The notes under the pieces are model-generated. The model ran no database searches. It worked only from the letters and a program-made list of their open reading frames with translations, and was not told the DNA's origin. A stretch of 64,000 bases of DNA from Octopus vulgaris (Eukaryota). Of the stretch, positions 11,581 through 25,256 are shown in pieces; the stretch's first letter is position 1, and every line of letters begins with the position of its first letter. The position numbers were made by a program, and so were the translations under genes. Where the stretch lies: NCBI GenBank assembly GCA_951406725.2, contig OX597815.1:128774001-128838000 (forward strand), given 5' to 3'.

Positions 11581-13611
11581 TGGCACCATACTGGTAGTCA
11601 CTGAGGAGAGAGTCATACTCCAACTTCTGTACCACAGGCCTGCTGTCTCTTCTGTCTTTTCTGACTCTACTAAGATGCCCTCTGTTCCTTGGAGCTAGTT
11701 GGGTTCAAATACCCAGCACTCAGACACCTTGATCCACTCGGTTTTCTATTTCTCTTGATGCCCTCCACCTCACTTGGCTCCCTGCTCTATCATGCCCAGT
11801 CCTTTCTCTCCAGAACATCAGTCCTCTGGATTCTTCCTGCTTATGTTTTTCCTGCAGTTGTTGACCAACAACACTTCCAACAGAGCAATAAGAATATCAA
11901 AGTCTCCAGTCTCAAAGGGCCTACAAAGGTCATGAGTAATACAGAGGATCAGCATAGGCTAAAAAGAAATGAAAAAAAGCATGTCGTGCTGGATGTGTAA
12001 TACTAGCATTCCAGAGAACAACAAAGAACAAAGAAGCTAAGAAAAACAGAAGAGGAATCAGGTGTAGTTTGCAAAAAAAAAAAGACTGTGCTCATATGAA
12101 TATGTAATGCATATGGAAGAGGATAGCTGTATCGAGCATTCTGAGTAAATGGAAGTCAGGATGAGGGAAATTGAAGAAGACTTGGGACAGATCTGAAGCT
12201 GTTATAACACATGAAGAATATAAGAAAGGGCAACATGGACACAAGGACTGGAGGCAAATGATGTGTGAGAAGATCCACTCACCTGTCCAGAGTTGGTGCA
12301 ATGAATGCAAAAATTATGGCATATTTATGCATACACACACATACACATATGTGTGTGTGTAGACTGACTATCACCATGCACATATATGTGTGTTTGTATG
12401 TATGTGCACACATGCATTTGTAGCTGTCTACTGTTAAATCTACACCCTTGATCTCTTTCATAGCTTCTTACACCTCTAACACCCATATCACTGTTACCCA
12501 TGTTTCTTTAAGCCATGACTTTATCTCTCTTGTTCTTCCTGCTCCTATTGCTCATCTCTGATTCACTCTATCTTTGTCTCAAACTCACTGTCAGCGTATT
12601 CTGTCGGTGTAACTAAGAATGGCAATGCATCTCTCCAGCTCATCACATATAACACACGCACCCATGCTTTTATTGCTCATTTTCTGCTTGCCGTACATCA
12701 CAATCTTTCAGCCACACTTATCACATGTCTATCAATCACTTCCTTGTCTTCTTAATTCCCTATGCTTCCAATAAGTCCGAGGATGGCAGTAGATCTCTTC
12801 TGTTTGACACACATTACTTTCACTGTAACTAAGTATGTTGTTGCACTTATTCTGACCCTTTCCCCAATGCTCCTTTTAGCCACTCACATGTACAAGACCC
12901 ACCTATTTCCCATTTTCCCTGCAACCTTTCACATCACTTGTCCCCATCACATATTCTGTGTATAGGTGACCACTTGTTCCCAGTTCTCTCTATTTCCTTC
13001 TCCACCCCCTTATACTGTTTGTCATCACCACATATCATTCTGATTACCAGAATACTCTCGTTCTTTCTTTCCTATGTACTTTAAACCTCTGTCATCACTC
13101 TCTCTCCCTTTCTTATGGGTTACATACACCTCTGTCATCCATTCTACATTGCATTGCCTTGAATATACACACCTATCTCAGAATTGTATACTTTCCTTAT
13201 TACATATGCACCTCATCACTAATTTTTCTGCCTCCATCAGATGTGCTCCACATATGTAAAAAGGCTGATGAGAAAAGAAAGAAAATGAGACTGTGAGGTC
13301 TCTTTACTTATGTCAAGGTCATGGTACCACTTTCGTTCTGGTGCCACAAAAGATGCACCCAGTACACTCTGTAAAGTGTGAGATGGTAAGATGTTTTTAG
13401 TTTTATCAAGGATATGATATCTCTCTGGTGTTACTAAAAGAGCATCTTGTACACTCTATAGTGGTTGGTCTTAGGAAAGGCATCCAGCCATAGAAATCAA
13501 GCCAAAGATAAAGCATGAATGCAATAAAGTGCCCAACCCATTTACATGAGAAGGATCCCCTAAATATGTGCTAACTCTGACAGTGAAATCCACCCAACCT
13601 ATACCAGCATG

Positions 13612-13944
13612 AAGGCGCATGGCTCAGTGGTTAGAGCGTCGAGCTTACAATCGTGAGGTTGTGAGTTCGAATCCTGGACTGGGCTGCATGTTGTTATCTT
13701 GAGCAAGACACTTTATTTCATGTTGCTCCAGTTAACTCAGCTGTAGAAATGAGTTGCGATGTCACGGGTGTCAAGCTGTATCGGCTGTTTCCTTTCCCTT
13801 GGGTAACACTGGTGGCATGGAGAGGGGAGGCCGGTATGCATGGGCGACTGCTGGTCTTCCATAAACAACCTTGCCCGGCCTTGTGCCTGGGAGGGTAACT
13901 TTCGAGGTGCAATCCCACAGTTAGTCATGACCGAAGGGGGTCTC
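13612..13944 (+). mobile_element. tRNA-derived SINE family C
   Basis: A box tggctcagtgg, B box gttcgaatcc. 11-bp TSD ataccagcatg at 13601-13611 and 13945-13955. Confidence 0.85.
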
Positions 13945-14047
13945 ATACCAGCATGGAAAGCAAATGTAAAATAGTGATGAAAATATAACATGCATAACAA
14001 ACTACTAAATATGCAATGAAATATATGAAAAATACTAGACAACTAAC

Positions 14048-14223
14048 CTTATTGACTCTAACAATAAAGCATGGTTTGCCAATGGAAAAACCAAAATTAG
14101 TTTTCTTATTACATAATGAATTGTTAGGGAAAAGAGCTGATCTTTTTAGATGTTTAACATAATCAGCTTTATCTGCTAGTATATTACAAGTCCCATCATC
14201 ATGACATTCTATGCCATGTTTCT
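14048..14223 (-). CDS. ATP1B: Na+/K+-ATPase beta subunit, coding exon 4
   Basis: Splice context tttcag|...|gttagt. Encodes KHGIECHDDGTCNILADKADYVKHLKRSALFPNNSLCNKKTNFGFSIGKPCFIVRVNK, matching the family FGFxxGKPCxxxxxNK motif. Phase 1-0. Confidence 0.93.
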
Positions 14224-14439
14224 CTGAAATGAAAGTAAAACAATTAGATATAGAATAATAAGTTCAAGTATCAACACACTTGTTGATGAAAGAAAACAAT
14301 AAATGATATGAGATCTACTCTACTTCTGCTACTAATATAAATCAATACAAATATAAAAGATTTCCACTTTGTTTTGACTTTAAAAATCTGTGACAGTAAC
14401 TTCTTTGCAGGAAACAAATATCTGAAGTAATACTAATAT

Positions 14440-14645
14440 GGTAAGCTGGCAGAATCATTAGCAAGCTAGGCAAAATGTTTTGCAGCATGTCACCCATCTT
14501 TATGTTCTGAGTTCAAATCCACCGAGGTCAACTTTGCCTTTCATTCTTTTGGGGTAAATAAAATAAGTATCAGTTGAACTCTGTGGCTGATGTAGTCAAC
14601 TTATCCCTGCCCCTGAAATTTCTGGCCTTGTGCCAAAATTTGAAA
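14440..14645 (+). mobile_element. SINE family B
   Basis: agctggcagaa...gagttcaaatcc head and tgtgccaaaatttgaa tail. Confidence 0.75.
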
Positions 14646-15914
14646 TACATATTTGAAGTAATACTTCAATTATTAGCAAAACTAGAACTAACAAGCAGAA
14701 TCCTTGGTATGGTCATGTGATGCATATGGATGAGGATAGCTGCATAAAACATACTGATCCATAAATGTGTATGGAACCTGTAAAAGAGATAGACCCAGGG
14801 AGACATAGGACAAAGCAATGAAAAGTGACCTTCAGATGTTGAGCCTCATAGAGATGACAAAGAACTAAGATGATTAGTGATTTGCTGTGCTTGGGAAGAT
14901 ACACTTATCTAAGCAAAAATGAGGCCCTGAAAGCACATTGTTCATTTTCATGTCCCTCTCTCCAACAACTCCTCCCCCAAACATCCTCCCTCCCTCCATT
15001 TGTGCTCACAACTCACTGCATTCCCTCACCTCTACCTCCTACACTTTTACAAACTTATGTGATCACTCACTCCGTCTTATCTTCTGTATCACTTATACAC
15101 CCCTCCCTTGTCAGGGTGTATCCCAATATCTTCAACATCTCCTCTCCCTGCTTTTTTAACTGGGGTAGCTATATATCTCCTCTACTGCAAGACATTTGTT
15201 TCTATCCCTCTATCATACTCTAACCTCTCATCCCCTGACATAAAACCTCATCACCTCAATACGACTGCCTCCTCAATCAAAGAGTCTTGTCTTGCTAAGC
15301 AACCTCACCGATGCTGGTGCCATGGAAAAAGCATCCAGTACATTCTACAAAATGTTTCATGTTAGGAAGGGCATGCAGCCATTGAAAGCAGTGAGTAGTG
15401 TTTGTTGCAGTCAGCTCCTGTCAAAGTATCCAACCTATGCCAGCATTGAAAACAGACATTAAATGATGAGGACTGAAAGCAATCACTTCTAGGAAGCTGA
15501 GCACTTTGAATGAACCCAAAAATATTCAAAGAAAAGGTTCTGCTCTAATTACACAGAAAAAAGTATGGACTCTGCAAACTGCAGCAAAGTAACCCATTTA
15601 GAAGACTTTGGATAGGCATTGATGGAGTGAATAAAAACTGACAGAGCATAGATAAGACAGCTGAAGAATTCTGATGCAGACACCCCTCTGTGTTTTTATT
15701 GTGTTACTGACAGCAGAACCCACGTTCTAAAATGGTTGGGCATAGGAAAAGCAACTAAGTGAGAAAGTCATGATATACATATATATACAATAGCAAAGAT
15801 TGGTAATTGGTTAGTTATCAGTTACCATATGTGCCAGAGGAAGAACCTATCCACCCATGCCAATGTAGAAAAAAGAGCATAAAATGAGGAATGTGATGAG
15901 GATATGAATCATAC

Positions 15915-16019
15915 CTTTAAGTTCCCTGTCAATCATTGATATATATGGGGCAGCATTATGCATGTCTTTTACTTTATAGTATATAAGACCGTCAGTATCT
16001 ACAGGCATAACAACTAAAC
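15915..16019 (-). CDS. ATP1B: Na+/K+-ATPase beta subunit, coding exon 3
   Basis: Splice context ttaatgcag|...|gtatga. Encodes (G)LVVMPVDTDGLIYYKVKDMHNAAPYISMIDRELK(E), completing the PGL motif. Phase 1-1. Confidence 0.88.
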
Positions 16020-16215
16020 CTGCATTAAGGAGAAATAAGATATTATAAATATTTTAAAACTATTTAAATCGTTGAAATTCATCAAATAATTCATTGGCAA
16101 CTAGTAAAATTCAAAGTCAGTAGTAAGAAGTAGTCAAAAGATAACTGTAAAATATATTTTTCATCTCTGTCTGATGACATTTTAAGTGTTTTTATTGTTT
16201 CTTAATGCTACATGC

Positions 16216-16232
16216 AGAGAGAGAGAGGGGGA

Positions 16233-16271
<39 letters not shown>
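16216..16271. repeat. (GA)n microsatellite
   Basis: Direct reading. Confidence 0.95.
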
Positions 16272-16273
<2 letters not shown>

Positions 16274-16931
16274 TTGAATGTTTATAATATTGAAGGTGTC
16301 AAGATATCTCTGGAGAAGTTTTAATGGGTGAAATAAAAAAAGCAAACCTACAGCTATTTCTGAAATGAACATGCCTACAGCAAAATAGAGGCAGTGATTA
16401 TCAAAATCATCATCATCATCATCATCATTCATCATTTAATGTCCATTTTCCATGATGACATGGGTTGGATGGATTGACAGGAGCTGATCAACTGAAGGGC
16501 TGTTCAGGCTCCCTGTCTGTTTTGGCATGATTTCTATGGCTGGATGCCTTTCCTAATGCCAACCACTTTACAGAGTGGGTGTTTTTCACAGCACTGCCAC
16601 AGGTGTTTTTTCAGTGGTACCACCACCTATGAGCCAGCAAGATTAGGGATGCTCAGCTGGAGAGGGTTGCAGGGTATGACCCTGTATGCAAGGACAACCA
16701 TGCTTTTACTTAGCTTAACATGTCTAAGTAAAAGTGGTTGTCCTTACATACAAGTTCATACCCTGCAAACCTCTTCAGCTGAGCATCCCTAATCTCACGG
16801 GCTTGTAGGTGCTGATGCCACATAAAAACACTCATACTAGTGCTGCGTAAAAGAAGTCCATTGCAATCAAGCAGACCAATAATCAAAGCATTCCATCCAT
16901 GACCATCCTGTATTTCCAGATACATTGAGAA

Positions 16932-17479
16932 CAATGGTTCTCAATAGGAGTCCATATCTCCTCTGACGGGGCCCATGCAAGCAAAAGAGTAAATTGGGGA
17001 GTCACAGTAGTATATTTGGGGCGAGCTGGCAGAAAAGTTAGCACGCCGAGCAAAATGCTGATCGGTATTTCGTCTGCTGCTACGTTCTGAGTTCAAATTC
17101 CACCGAAGTCGACTTTCATCTTTTCAGGGTCGATTAAATAAGTACCAGTTATGCACTGGGGTCGATATAATCCGTTTGTCTGTCCTTGTTTGTCCCTTCT
17201 GTGTTTAGCCCCTTGTAGGTAGTAAAGAAATAAGTATATTAGGGGTCCCTGAAAAAAAATTTTTTTTTAAATGTATTTGTTGCAAGTAACAGCTAGATTT
17301 CTTCCTCAAGCCTTTGACTTAATTCAACTCACACAAGTTAATGGGTGAAAAATAAAATGGGAATTTTGAAAGAAGTAACTCTAAAATTAGGTTTTAAACA
17401 TCAAATGGCTATGGGTGTCCATCAAAATAGAATAGTAATCAAAGGGGCCCATAGGTAAAAAAATGGTTGAGAACTACTA
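16932..17479. mobile_element. hAT-type MITE (related to 49699-50726) with a nested SINE
   Basis: TIRs caatggttctcaa / ttgagaactacta and similar subterminal sequence. TSD not clear. Confidence 0.65.
17020..17232 (+). mobile_element. SINE family B nested in a MITE
   Basis: gcgagctggcagaa...gagttcaaattcc. Confidence 0.75.
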
Positions 17480-17579
17480 ATTTTGAGCAATATTCTTTTC
17501 TACTCTAGGCACAAGGCCTGAAATTTTTGGTGAAGGGGCCAGTCCATTAGATCAACCCCAGTCAACTGCTACAAAGGCA

Positions 17580-18482
17580 AAGGTGGTGTCCGATACAGTA
17601 ATAATTACAAAAGCATCAAATTGCTGGAGCAGGTGATGAAAGTTGCTACCTGCTTCAACTTGCTATAAAAGCAGGTACTAATGTAACCTTGTACTTATTC
17701 TTAGTGCAAGTTTTGAAGAGTGTAGTTCAGTTTTAACAGTTATTTTTTCAAAACTATAATGGAAGCGACAAAGGAGCATATTCAGTACATTTTTCTTTAT
17801 GAGTTCAATAAAGGCAATAAAGCAATGGAAAATGTGAGGAATATTAATGCAGTATATGGGGATAGGACAATAAGTGTAAGCCAGTGTCAACGGTGGCTCC
17901 AGAAATTCTGAGCTGGAAACTACAGCCTAGAAGGTGAGCCTTATCCTAGAAGATCTGTAGATCTCAATGAGGACATCCTGCAAACCCTGGTGGAACAAAA
18001 CCCATCATAACTGTTGAGGAACTATCAGAGAAGCTTAGATTTGGTCATTCAACCATTCATCGACACCTGCATGCCTTTGAAAAAGTTAGCAAATAGAGTC
18101 AATGGCTTCCTCACAAACTTTCTAAGTCTAATCATGCAAAGAGAGTGAATGTGTGTTTTTGTTTGCTGTCATGTCTCATGAATGAACCTTTTTTTGGACT
18201 GAACAGTGGCTGGTGATGAAAAATGGGTTCTCTATAGAAATGTCAAGCACTGAAAACAGTGGGTATGGAAAGGAGAAACACCGGTACCCCAGGCTAAAGA
18301 AGGTATTCACCCACATAAGGAGTCGTTATCAGTTTGGTGGGATATGAAAGGTGTAGTCCACTTTGAACTTTTAAACCCAAACCAAACAATAACAAAGGAG
18401 ATCTACCGTGAGCAGCTTGAGTGGCTTAAGTCAGCACTAGAAGAAAAACAACCATCTTTGGTTTCAAGACGAAAGGTGTTGT
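17580..18482 (+). mobile_element. Truncated mariner transposase relic
   Basis: From ATG 17759: MEATKEHIQYIFLYEFNKGNKA...CQRWLQKF, later GDEKWV and VWWDMKGVV. Truncated by a SINE fragment. Confidence 0.85.
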
Positions 18483-18856
18483 CTGAGGAGACACAGTGGG
18501 TCTGAACCCAGAACCATGTGTTTGGGAAGCAAACTTTTTACCACGCCATTTCTGCACCTATATATTTTCACCATGTATATCTATGTGTGTGTGTGTGTGT
18601 GCATGTGTGTGTATATGAAATGTTCGCTTGCCATTTGAATGAAACAATGTTGTTGTTCACATTTCTTTGTTGATGTTATAACTGATTGCACTACTCTTTC
18701 AATGACCAACAGAATAAAAATAAAACTGAAAAAAATATGGAAGAGAATTGGAGACAAGCAGAGTATTTATTTAATCACAAACTCTTGTCTCAAAACCAGT
18801 TCCTGCCCAAGCCATGCTTGCACAGAACAATATGGCTATCAAATAAAGCAATCAAT

Positions 18857-19035
18857 TGGGTTATCAGATGAAGTCATCAATTTCTTTTTTTCCATTTATT
18901 TTAATAATCCTTTATCAATAATTTTAACAAATCAATCAATAATATATTCTCCTTCATTGTTCATGACTTCTTGCCAATGTTCCACTAGCTTGTCAATGTC
19001 TTGATGATAAAAGTCACCACATTTTGATTGATTTT
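18857..19035 (-). mobile_element. 3' end fragment of a mariner element
   Basis: Minus strand encodes FYHQDIDKLVEHWQEVMNNEGEYIID*, a typical mariner transposase C-terminus, followed by TIR-like sequence. Confidence 0.7.
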
Positions 19036-19157
19036 TAAAAAAATTGTTGATGAAAGATAAGGATTAAAATACATAGAATTAAAAAAGAAATGAATGAATA
19101 TATCTGACATCACAGCACTTATGGGAACAAATTATAGAAAATAATGTTGAAATTTAC

Positions 19158-19301
19158 CTGGTGTTCCATTAAGCACACTATGAGAACCCTGTAGCCTGGG
19201 TTCTGACGTTGGAATAACATGGTAGGCAAATACATAGTACATAAATGCACTAAGCGAGAACAACACTGAGTAGAAGCAGATATAAAATAATAAAATCTCG
19301 C
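19158..19301 (-). CDS. ATP1B: Na+/K+-ATPase beta subunit, coding exon 2 (transmembrane helix)
   Basis: Splice context ttttcag|...|gtaaat. Encodes (G)EILLFYICFYSVLFSLSAFMYYVFAYHVIPTSEPRLQGSHSVLNGTP(G), including the FYxxFY TM motif. Phase 1-1. Confidence 0.93.
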
Positions 19302-19383
19302 CTGAAAATAATAGAATTGATTATCAGTAATTTAAAGCTTCTATTTTTTATAAATTACATTGCATAAAAACTGTATTTGCAGA

Positions 19384-19788
19384 TTCTTTTGTGTCTGGGG
19401 AAAGTCATTTTCTTTTTGTGCCTTATAATTTAACACACTCACCAGTAAAATTTCCACTTATTTCTTATTTTTATTTTCCTAAAATTTTCGTTGTGTCTTG
19501 CAAACTTTTCAATAGTCTTTCAATACTATTGAAAAGGTCGCAAGACGTAACGAAAATTTTAGGAAAATAAAAACAAGAAATAAGTGGAAATTTTACCGCT
19601 ATTGAAAAGGTTGCAAGACACAACAAAAATTTTAGGAAAATAAAAATAAGAAATAAGTGGAAATTTTACTGGTGAGTGTGTTAAATTATAAGGAACAAAA
19701 AGAAAATGACTCTCCCCAGACACAACAGAATATGCTTCAACACACAAACACACATAAAGAATCTTGCAAACCAAATCCAAAAACGAAA
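19384..19788 (+). mobile_element. Fold-back (Penelope-like) insertion, same family as 5790-6051
   Basis: Inverted arms of about 130 bp plus an internal 73-bp tandem duplication. 12-bp TSD tgtatttgcaga at 19372-19383 and 19789-19800. Confidence 0.72.
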
Positions 19789-20229
19789 TGTATTTGCAGA
19801 AACAATATATTAGATTAAAACAGAATACATATTTGAAATTATTTATCCATATATTTATTTGAAAATGGTAAAAGCCTACTAAACTGTACTGTTTCTTTTA
19901 TTTTGTTAAATGAACATTAGCACATTCACGTTTTACATCCAATGTTTCCATGCTAGCATGGATTACATAAATACATATTGTTGAAGCTTTCTTTTAAAAT
20001 GGGTACCCTTCCTGCCACAAATCCTTTACCTGCTTTTCAAGCAAGGAAGTTTTTAATTCCACAGAATTACTGGATAGCTTATCAACAGGGAAATGATAAT
20101 GAGGAAAACCAGACTGTAGCTCATGAAGTCACAGAATACAACATTTTCAACATTCTCAGACACACAGACATAAGACATTAATTGATGATGATGATGAGGA
20201 GGAGGAGGATGATAATGATGCTGACATAC

Positions 20230-21215
20230 AGTGTCCCTAATGTAAGCTATAGACACATAAGAGAGGCAGTGGCATCACAGGAAGTTTAACAGAGAAAATA
20301 GTCTTTGTGTGTGGCAGATGTGCAGGTATAATAAACACTAAGAATGTACAAATAAGCAATGGAGGTAGCTGTTCTAAAAGCATAGTTGCTAGAATAAGAA
20401 GTAGCAGAGTAAAGTTCAGAGAGCTGTTATCATTGTTGGTAACAAAGGGCTCCTCCCTCAGAGTGAAAGGCAAATTGTATGATACCTGTGTACAGACAAC
20501 TATGGCACAATGGTTAGAGCATCAGAGTCACAATCGTGAGGTAATGAGTTTGGTTCCCGAACTGGGCTGTATGTTGTGTTCTTGAGCAAGATACTTTATT
20601 TTATGTTGTTCCAGTTCGCTCAGTTGTAGAAATGAGTTGCAACACTAGTGCCAAGCTGTATCAGCTTTTGCCTTTCCCTTGGATAACATCAGTGGTGTGG
20701 AGAGAGGAGACTGGTATGCATGGGTGACTGGTGGTCTTCTACCTTGCCTAGACTTGTGCCTTGGAGGGGAATTTTCTAGGTGCAATCCCATGGTCATTTA
20801 GGACTGAAGAGGGTCTTTCCCTCTTGACCTTTAACAGACAGCTATGCTACATGGCAGTGAACCATGGGCTGTGACTGTAGAGGACATGCAACGGTTTGAA
20901 AGAAATGAAACCCGCATGCTCTGCTTGATGTGCAATGTCAGTTTGCATGTCTAAATGTTTTAAGAGAAGAACTGGGTATAAGAGACAACAGATGTAGTGT
21001 GCAAGAGAGAAGACTGTGTTGGTATGGTCATGTTATGCATATGGATGAGGCCATCTACATAAAGAAGTGTCCATTTCTAAATGTGAAGGGCAACTTCTGG
21101 AAGAGGAAGTGGTGAGAAATGATCTGCAGAGGTTGAACCTCACAGAGGAAATGACAAAGAACTGAGACAATTGGCAATTTGCTATGCTTAAGAAGACCTA
21201 TCCAGCTAAGTAAAA
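20230..21215 (+). mobile_element. RTE-type LINE 3' fragment interrupted by a SINE
   Basis: ARIRSSRVKFRELLSLL..SLRVKGKLYDTCV and VQERRLCWYGHVMHM. Confidence 0.8.
20502..20817 (+). mobile_element. tRNA-derived SINE family C
   Basis: Homologous to 13612-13944; inserted in an RTE fragment. Confidence 0.8.
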
Positions 21216-22034
21216 TCAGGGCACTAAAAGCATGTCTTTTATGTCCATGCCCCCACCACACACACACACACAATCTGCTCCCTGACAAACTTTCTCACAA
21301 CCCTTCTTCCTAATAATCCCTTCCCCTGACTCATGCTCACCACCTGCTGCATTCCTCTTTTCCCCACCGCCTCACATACATACCTGCACAATATATGTCT
21401 CTGCTGAATCTCTTCCCCACAACATAACCTCTCAATAACCCCCTGCTCTACCTGTGCCCATTCATTACAACTCCTCCTCCATCTCCCACCCATTCACACT
21501 CCAGTGTCCAGTCCACTTCACCATCTTCTCTTTCTCACTCTTTGCCTAAGGTAGCCACATCTCCCCTCTAATGCAAGACTCCCTTTCCTGTCTCACACTA
21601 CTACTCCTTAACTCAGCTGAAGAGTCTTGTCTCACAATCTACTTTGTGACCCCATTGTTGCTGGTGCCACATAAGAAGTACCCAGTGCAATCAGTAAAGG
21701 AGTTGGCATAAGGAAGGGCATTCAGCCATAGAAACCATGCCAAAGCCAACAGCAAGGCTTGGCGCAATCTTCTGGATTGACCAGTTTCTGCTGAACCTTT
21801 CAAACCATGCCAGCATGAAAAACATGTTAAATGATGATGAACAAAATGGAATGACGGCCTATTCAGCAAGAGAGATATGTTTATAGAATGATGATTTTTC
21901 AACTTGCCAGCCAGTTTGTCCAATTTATTTACTCCAGACATCTTTCTTTGGAGCAACTTAATTTCTTTTATATCATATTTCTGTTAAAATACACTGTCTT
22001 TGTTTCAATTAAATTTGAAAATGAGGACAGATTA

Positions 22035-23317
22035 CAAATCCCTTCAGGTTGATGGCCCTGCTCAATATGTAGAAAAGGTGTAGGTAAAAACTCCATAAGA
22101 TGTATGTGGTGCAAACTATGGGTATATAACAGGTGCAGCAATATCAGAGGAAAGTTAACAGGGAAAATAGTCTTTGTATGTGGTAGATGTACAGATACAA
22201 TAAACACTAGAAATGTACAGGAAATAGACTCTGTCAAATGCCAGGTGGGATACCTAAAAGTAGTTGATAGCTCCCATTATCTAGGTGACCAAGTCAGTAG
22301 TGGAGGTGGATGCTCCAAGAGCATAACTGCCAGAATAAGAATAGGCTAGGCTGGACAAAGTTCAGAGAGCTTCTACCTCTGCTGGTAACAAAGAGCCTCT
22401 CTCTCAGAATGAAAGACAGACTGCATCATGCCTGTGTGCGAACAGCCATGCTCCATGACAGTGAAACATGGGCTGTGACCACAGAGGACATGCAAAGGCT
22501 TGAAAGAAACGAAGCTAGTATGCTTCACTGGATGTGCAATGTCAGTGTGCATGTACGACAGAGCATAAGTGTCTTGAGAGAAAAACTGAGCATAAGAGGC
22601 ATCAGATGTGGAGTGCAAGAGAGATGACTGCACTGGCATGGTCATGTGATGCATATGTATGTGAACAGCTGTGTAAAGAAGTGCTGATCTCTAACTGTAG
22701 TAGGAACCTGTGAAAAAGGTATACCCAGGAAGACATGGAACACAGTAGTGAAGCATGATCTTTGAATGTTGGGCCGCACAGAGGCAATGACAAGTGACTG
22801 AGACCTTTGGTAATATGCCATGCTTGAGAAGACTCATCAAGTCAAGTGAGATAGTATTTGTGACCATTGCTGGTGTCATGTAAATAGCACCCGTGAAATC
22901 ATAACTGTGGCCATCGCCTGTAGCATGATCTTTGAATTTTAGGCTTCATGGAGGCAAGGGATGAGGTGGTGAAGCATGATCTTTGAATGTTAGGCCCCAC
23001 AGAAGTGATGACAAGTGAGTGAGACCTTTGACGATATACTGTGCTTGAGAAGACTCAGCAAGTCATGTGAAATCATAGTCATGGCCATTGTCAGTGTCAT
23101 GTAAATGGCACCCATGACGGTGGCACATAAAAAGCACTCATTACACTCTTGGAGTGGTTGGCATTAGGAAAAGCATCCAGCCGTAGAAATCATGTCAAAT
23201 CAGATTGGAACCTGGTGCAGCTCTCTGGCTTATCAGTTCCTGTCAAACCCTGTAACCCATGCCGCATGTAAAGCAGACATCAAATGATGCTGCTGCTACT
23301 GATGATGATGATGATGC
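22035..23317 (+). mobile_element. RTE-type LINE 3' fragment with duplicated tail and (ATG)n end
   Basis: WTKFRELLPLL..RTAMLHDSETWAVT..RLERNEASMLHWMC; ends gatgatgatgatg. Confidence 0.8.
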
Positions 23318-23847
23318 TAACAAATTTATTAAAATAATTTTAATATCAAGCTGGTGCTTGGAATATAAATTAACATGAAATTTTGATGGTTTTGATTTAG
23401 ATGACTTCAAAATTTGCATCATAGAACCAGGAGAGGTACCAGGCTATTTGGTAACAAAAGGGTTTAAGAATTGTATTTACATTACTATGTTCTACAATAT
23501 TCGACAACTGAAAGCAAATATACAAAGTGAAACCTGAGCCCTGGAATTGGACACACTGAGCCATATCATAAAAAATGCGCAGGAAAAGTCACACACGTGA
23601 TATGGCAAAAAAGATCATTTGTGTAACATAATTTTCCATAAATTGACAAAAATGTTTAAATTTATATTGTTTTATATACAGAGATATTTCACTTAATAAA
23701 TAAATAATTTAGTTTTGGACAATATGTAAAGAAAGAATGCATTCTAAAGTGAATCAGTTCTGATAAGAAAAGATTTGGTAAAAGAGACAGAGATGAGATA
23801 TAGCAAGAAAAATGAAAGAAACAGAAATGAGAACATCAACTGGATTC

Positions 23848-23866
23848 ATATATATATATATATATA

Positions 23867-23923
<57 letters not shown>

Positions 23924-23946
23924 AGAGAGAGAGAGAGAGAGAGAGA
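23848..23946. repeat. Compound (TA)n(TG)n(GA)n microsatellite
   Basis: Direct reading. Confidence 0.95.
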
Positions 23947-24473
23947 CAGGGCTAGTTCTTTCAGAAGTGAAGGCATCATAAGTAATGTTAGGAAAGTGAA
24001 GAATGCTTAGTGAATAATTGTGCATAGTGGGTGTGTCTTACCAGACAGAGGAGCAGCATGAAGAATGCTGGGATTTTAAAGGCTTGACTGTCATTCAGAG
24101 CAGAAATGTTTTGGGGTACTCAAGGAAAAAAAAAACTGTTTTTGCACTGTAATATTATCCTTCAAGTACATATGGGATTTCCGTGAGAATTAGTCAGAAA
24201 CTGTTAAACTTAGAATGTATAGAGGAGACAGAAGTGGTACAGCTCCATTTCCTTGAAATATGTAGTGTCTGAGACAAATTTAATTTAAATAGATCATATT
24301 CCTCATACTATGCTAAAAATAAATTAAAAAAAAAAAACAAAATTTGTAATACTAGTTTTATAGCAGCAAAATCATGTTTTCAACCAATGTTTATTTCATT
24401 TTATTTGTCTATTTCATTATATTTCTTCATTTATTTTTTGTCATTCATCTTTCTTACCAGGAATAAAGTATAA

Positions 24474-25256
24474 GGCGGTGAGCTAGCAGAAACATTAGCA
24501 TGCCGGGCGAAATGCTAAGCGGTATTTTGTCTGCCGTTACATTCTGAGTTCAAATTCCGCCGAGGTCAACTTTTCCTTTTATCCTTTCGGGGTCAATAAA
24601 TTAAGTACCAGTTATGCACTGGAGTCGATGTAATTGACTTAATCCCTTTGTCTGTCCTTGTTTGTCCCGTCTATGTTTAGCCCCCTTGTGGGCAATAAAG
24701 AAATATAAAATAAAGTATAATACTGGTGATATGCAACAAACTGTAAACCCTCAGTGTTTTGAAAGCTCAGTCATTTGTAACTCATAATGCTATTTTAGAT
24801 TTGATATTAATAAAAAGCAGAAGCTGGTAGAATCGTTAGCATGCTGGGTGAAATGCTTAGTGGTATTTCGACCATCTTTATGTTCTGGGTTCAAATTCCA
24901 CTGAGGTTGACTTTACCTTTCATCCTTTGGGGGTTGATGAATTAAATGCCTGTTGCATACTGGGGTTGATCTAATCGACTGGACCCCTCCCCACAAATTT
25001 CAGGCCTTGTACCTATAGTAGAAAGGATTAATAAAAAGCAGGACAAAGGCGGCAAGCTGGCAGAATCATTAGCACGCAAGGCAAAATGCTTTCAGTATTT
25101 CGGCCATCTATACTTTCTCAGTTCAAATTCTGCCACGGTTGACTTTGCCTTTCATCCTTTTGAGATCAATAAAATAAGTACCAATTGAACACCAAGGTTG
25201 ACATAATCGACTTGCTCCTCCCATAAAATTGCTGGCCTTGTGCCAAAATTTGAAAC
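24474..25256 (+). mobile_element. Three adjacent SINE family B copies
   Basis: Copies at about 24474-24702, 24821-25026 and 25048-25256, each with a recognisable TSD. Confidence 0.8.

Noticed and set aside
13612-13690. tRNA-like sequences with A and B boxes (also near 11098, 20502, 38893, 58355)
   Set aside because: They are heads of dispersed SINEs continuing into shared bodies, with a TSD where visible, not tRNA genes.
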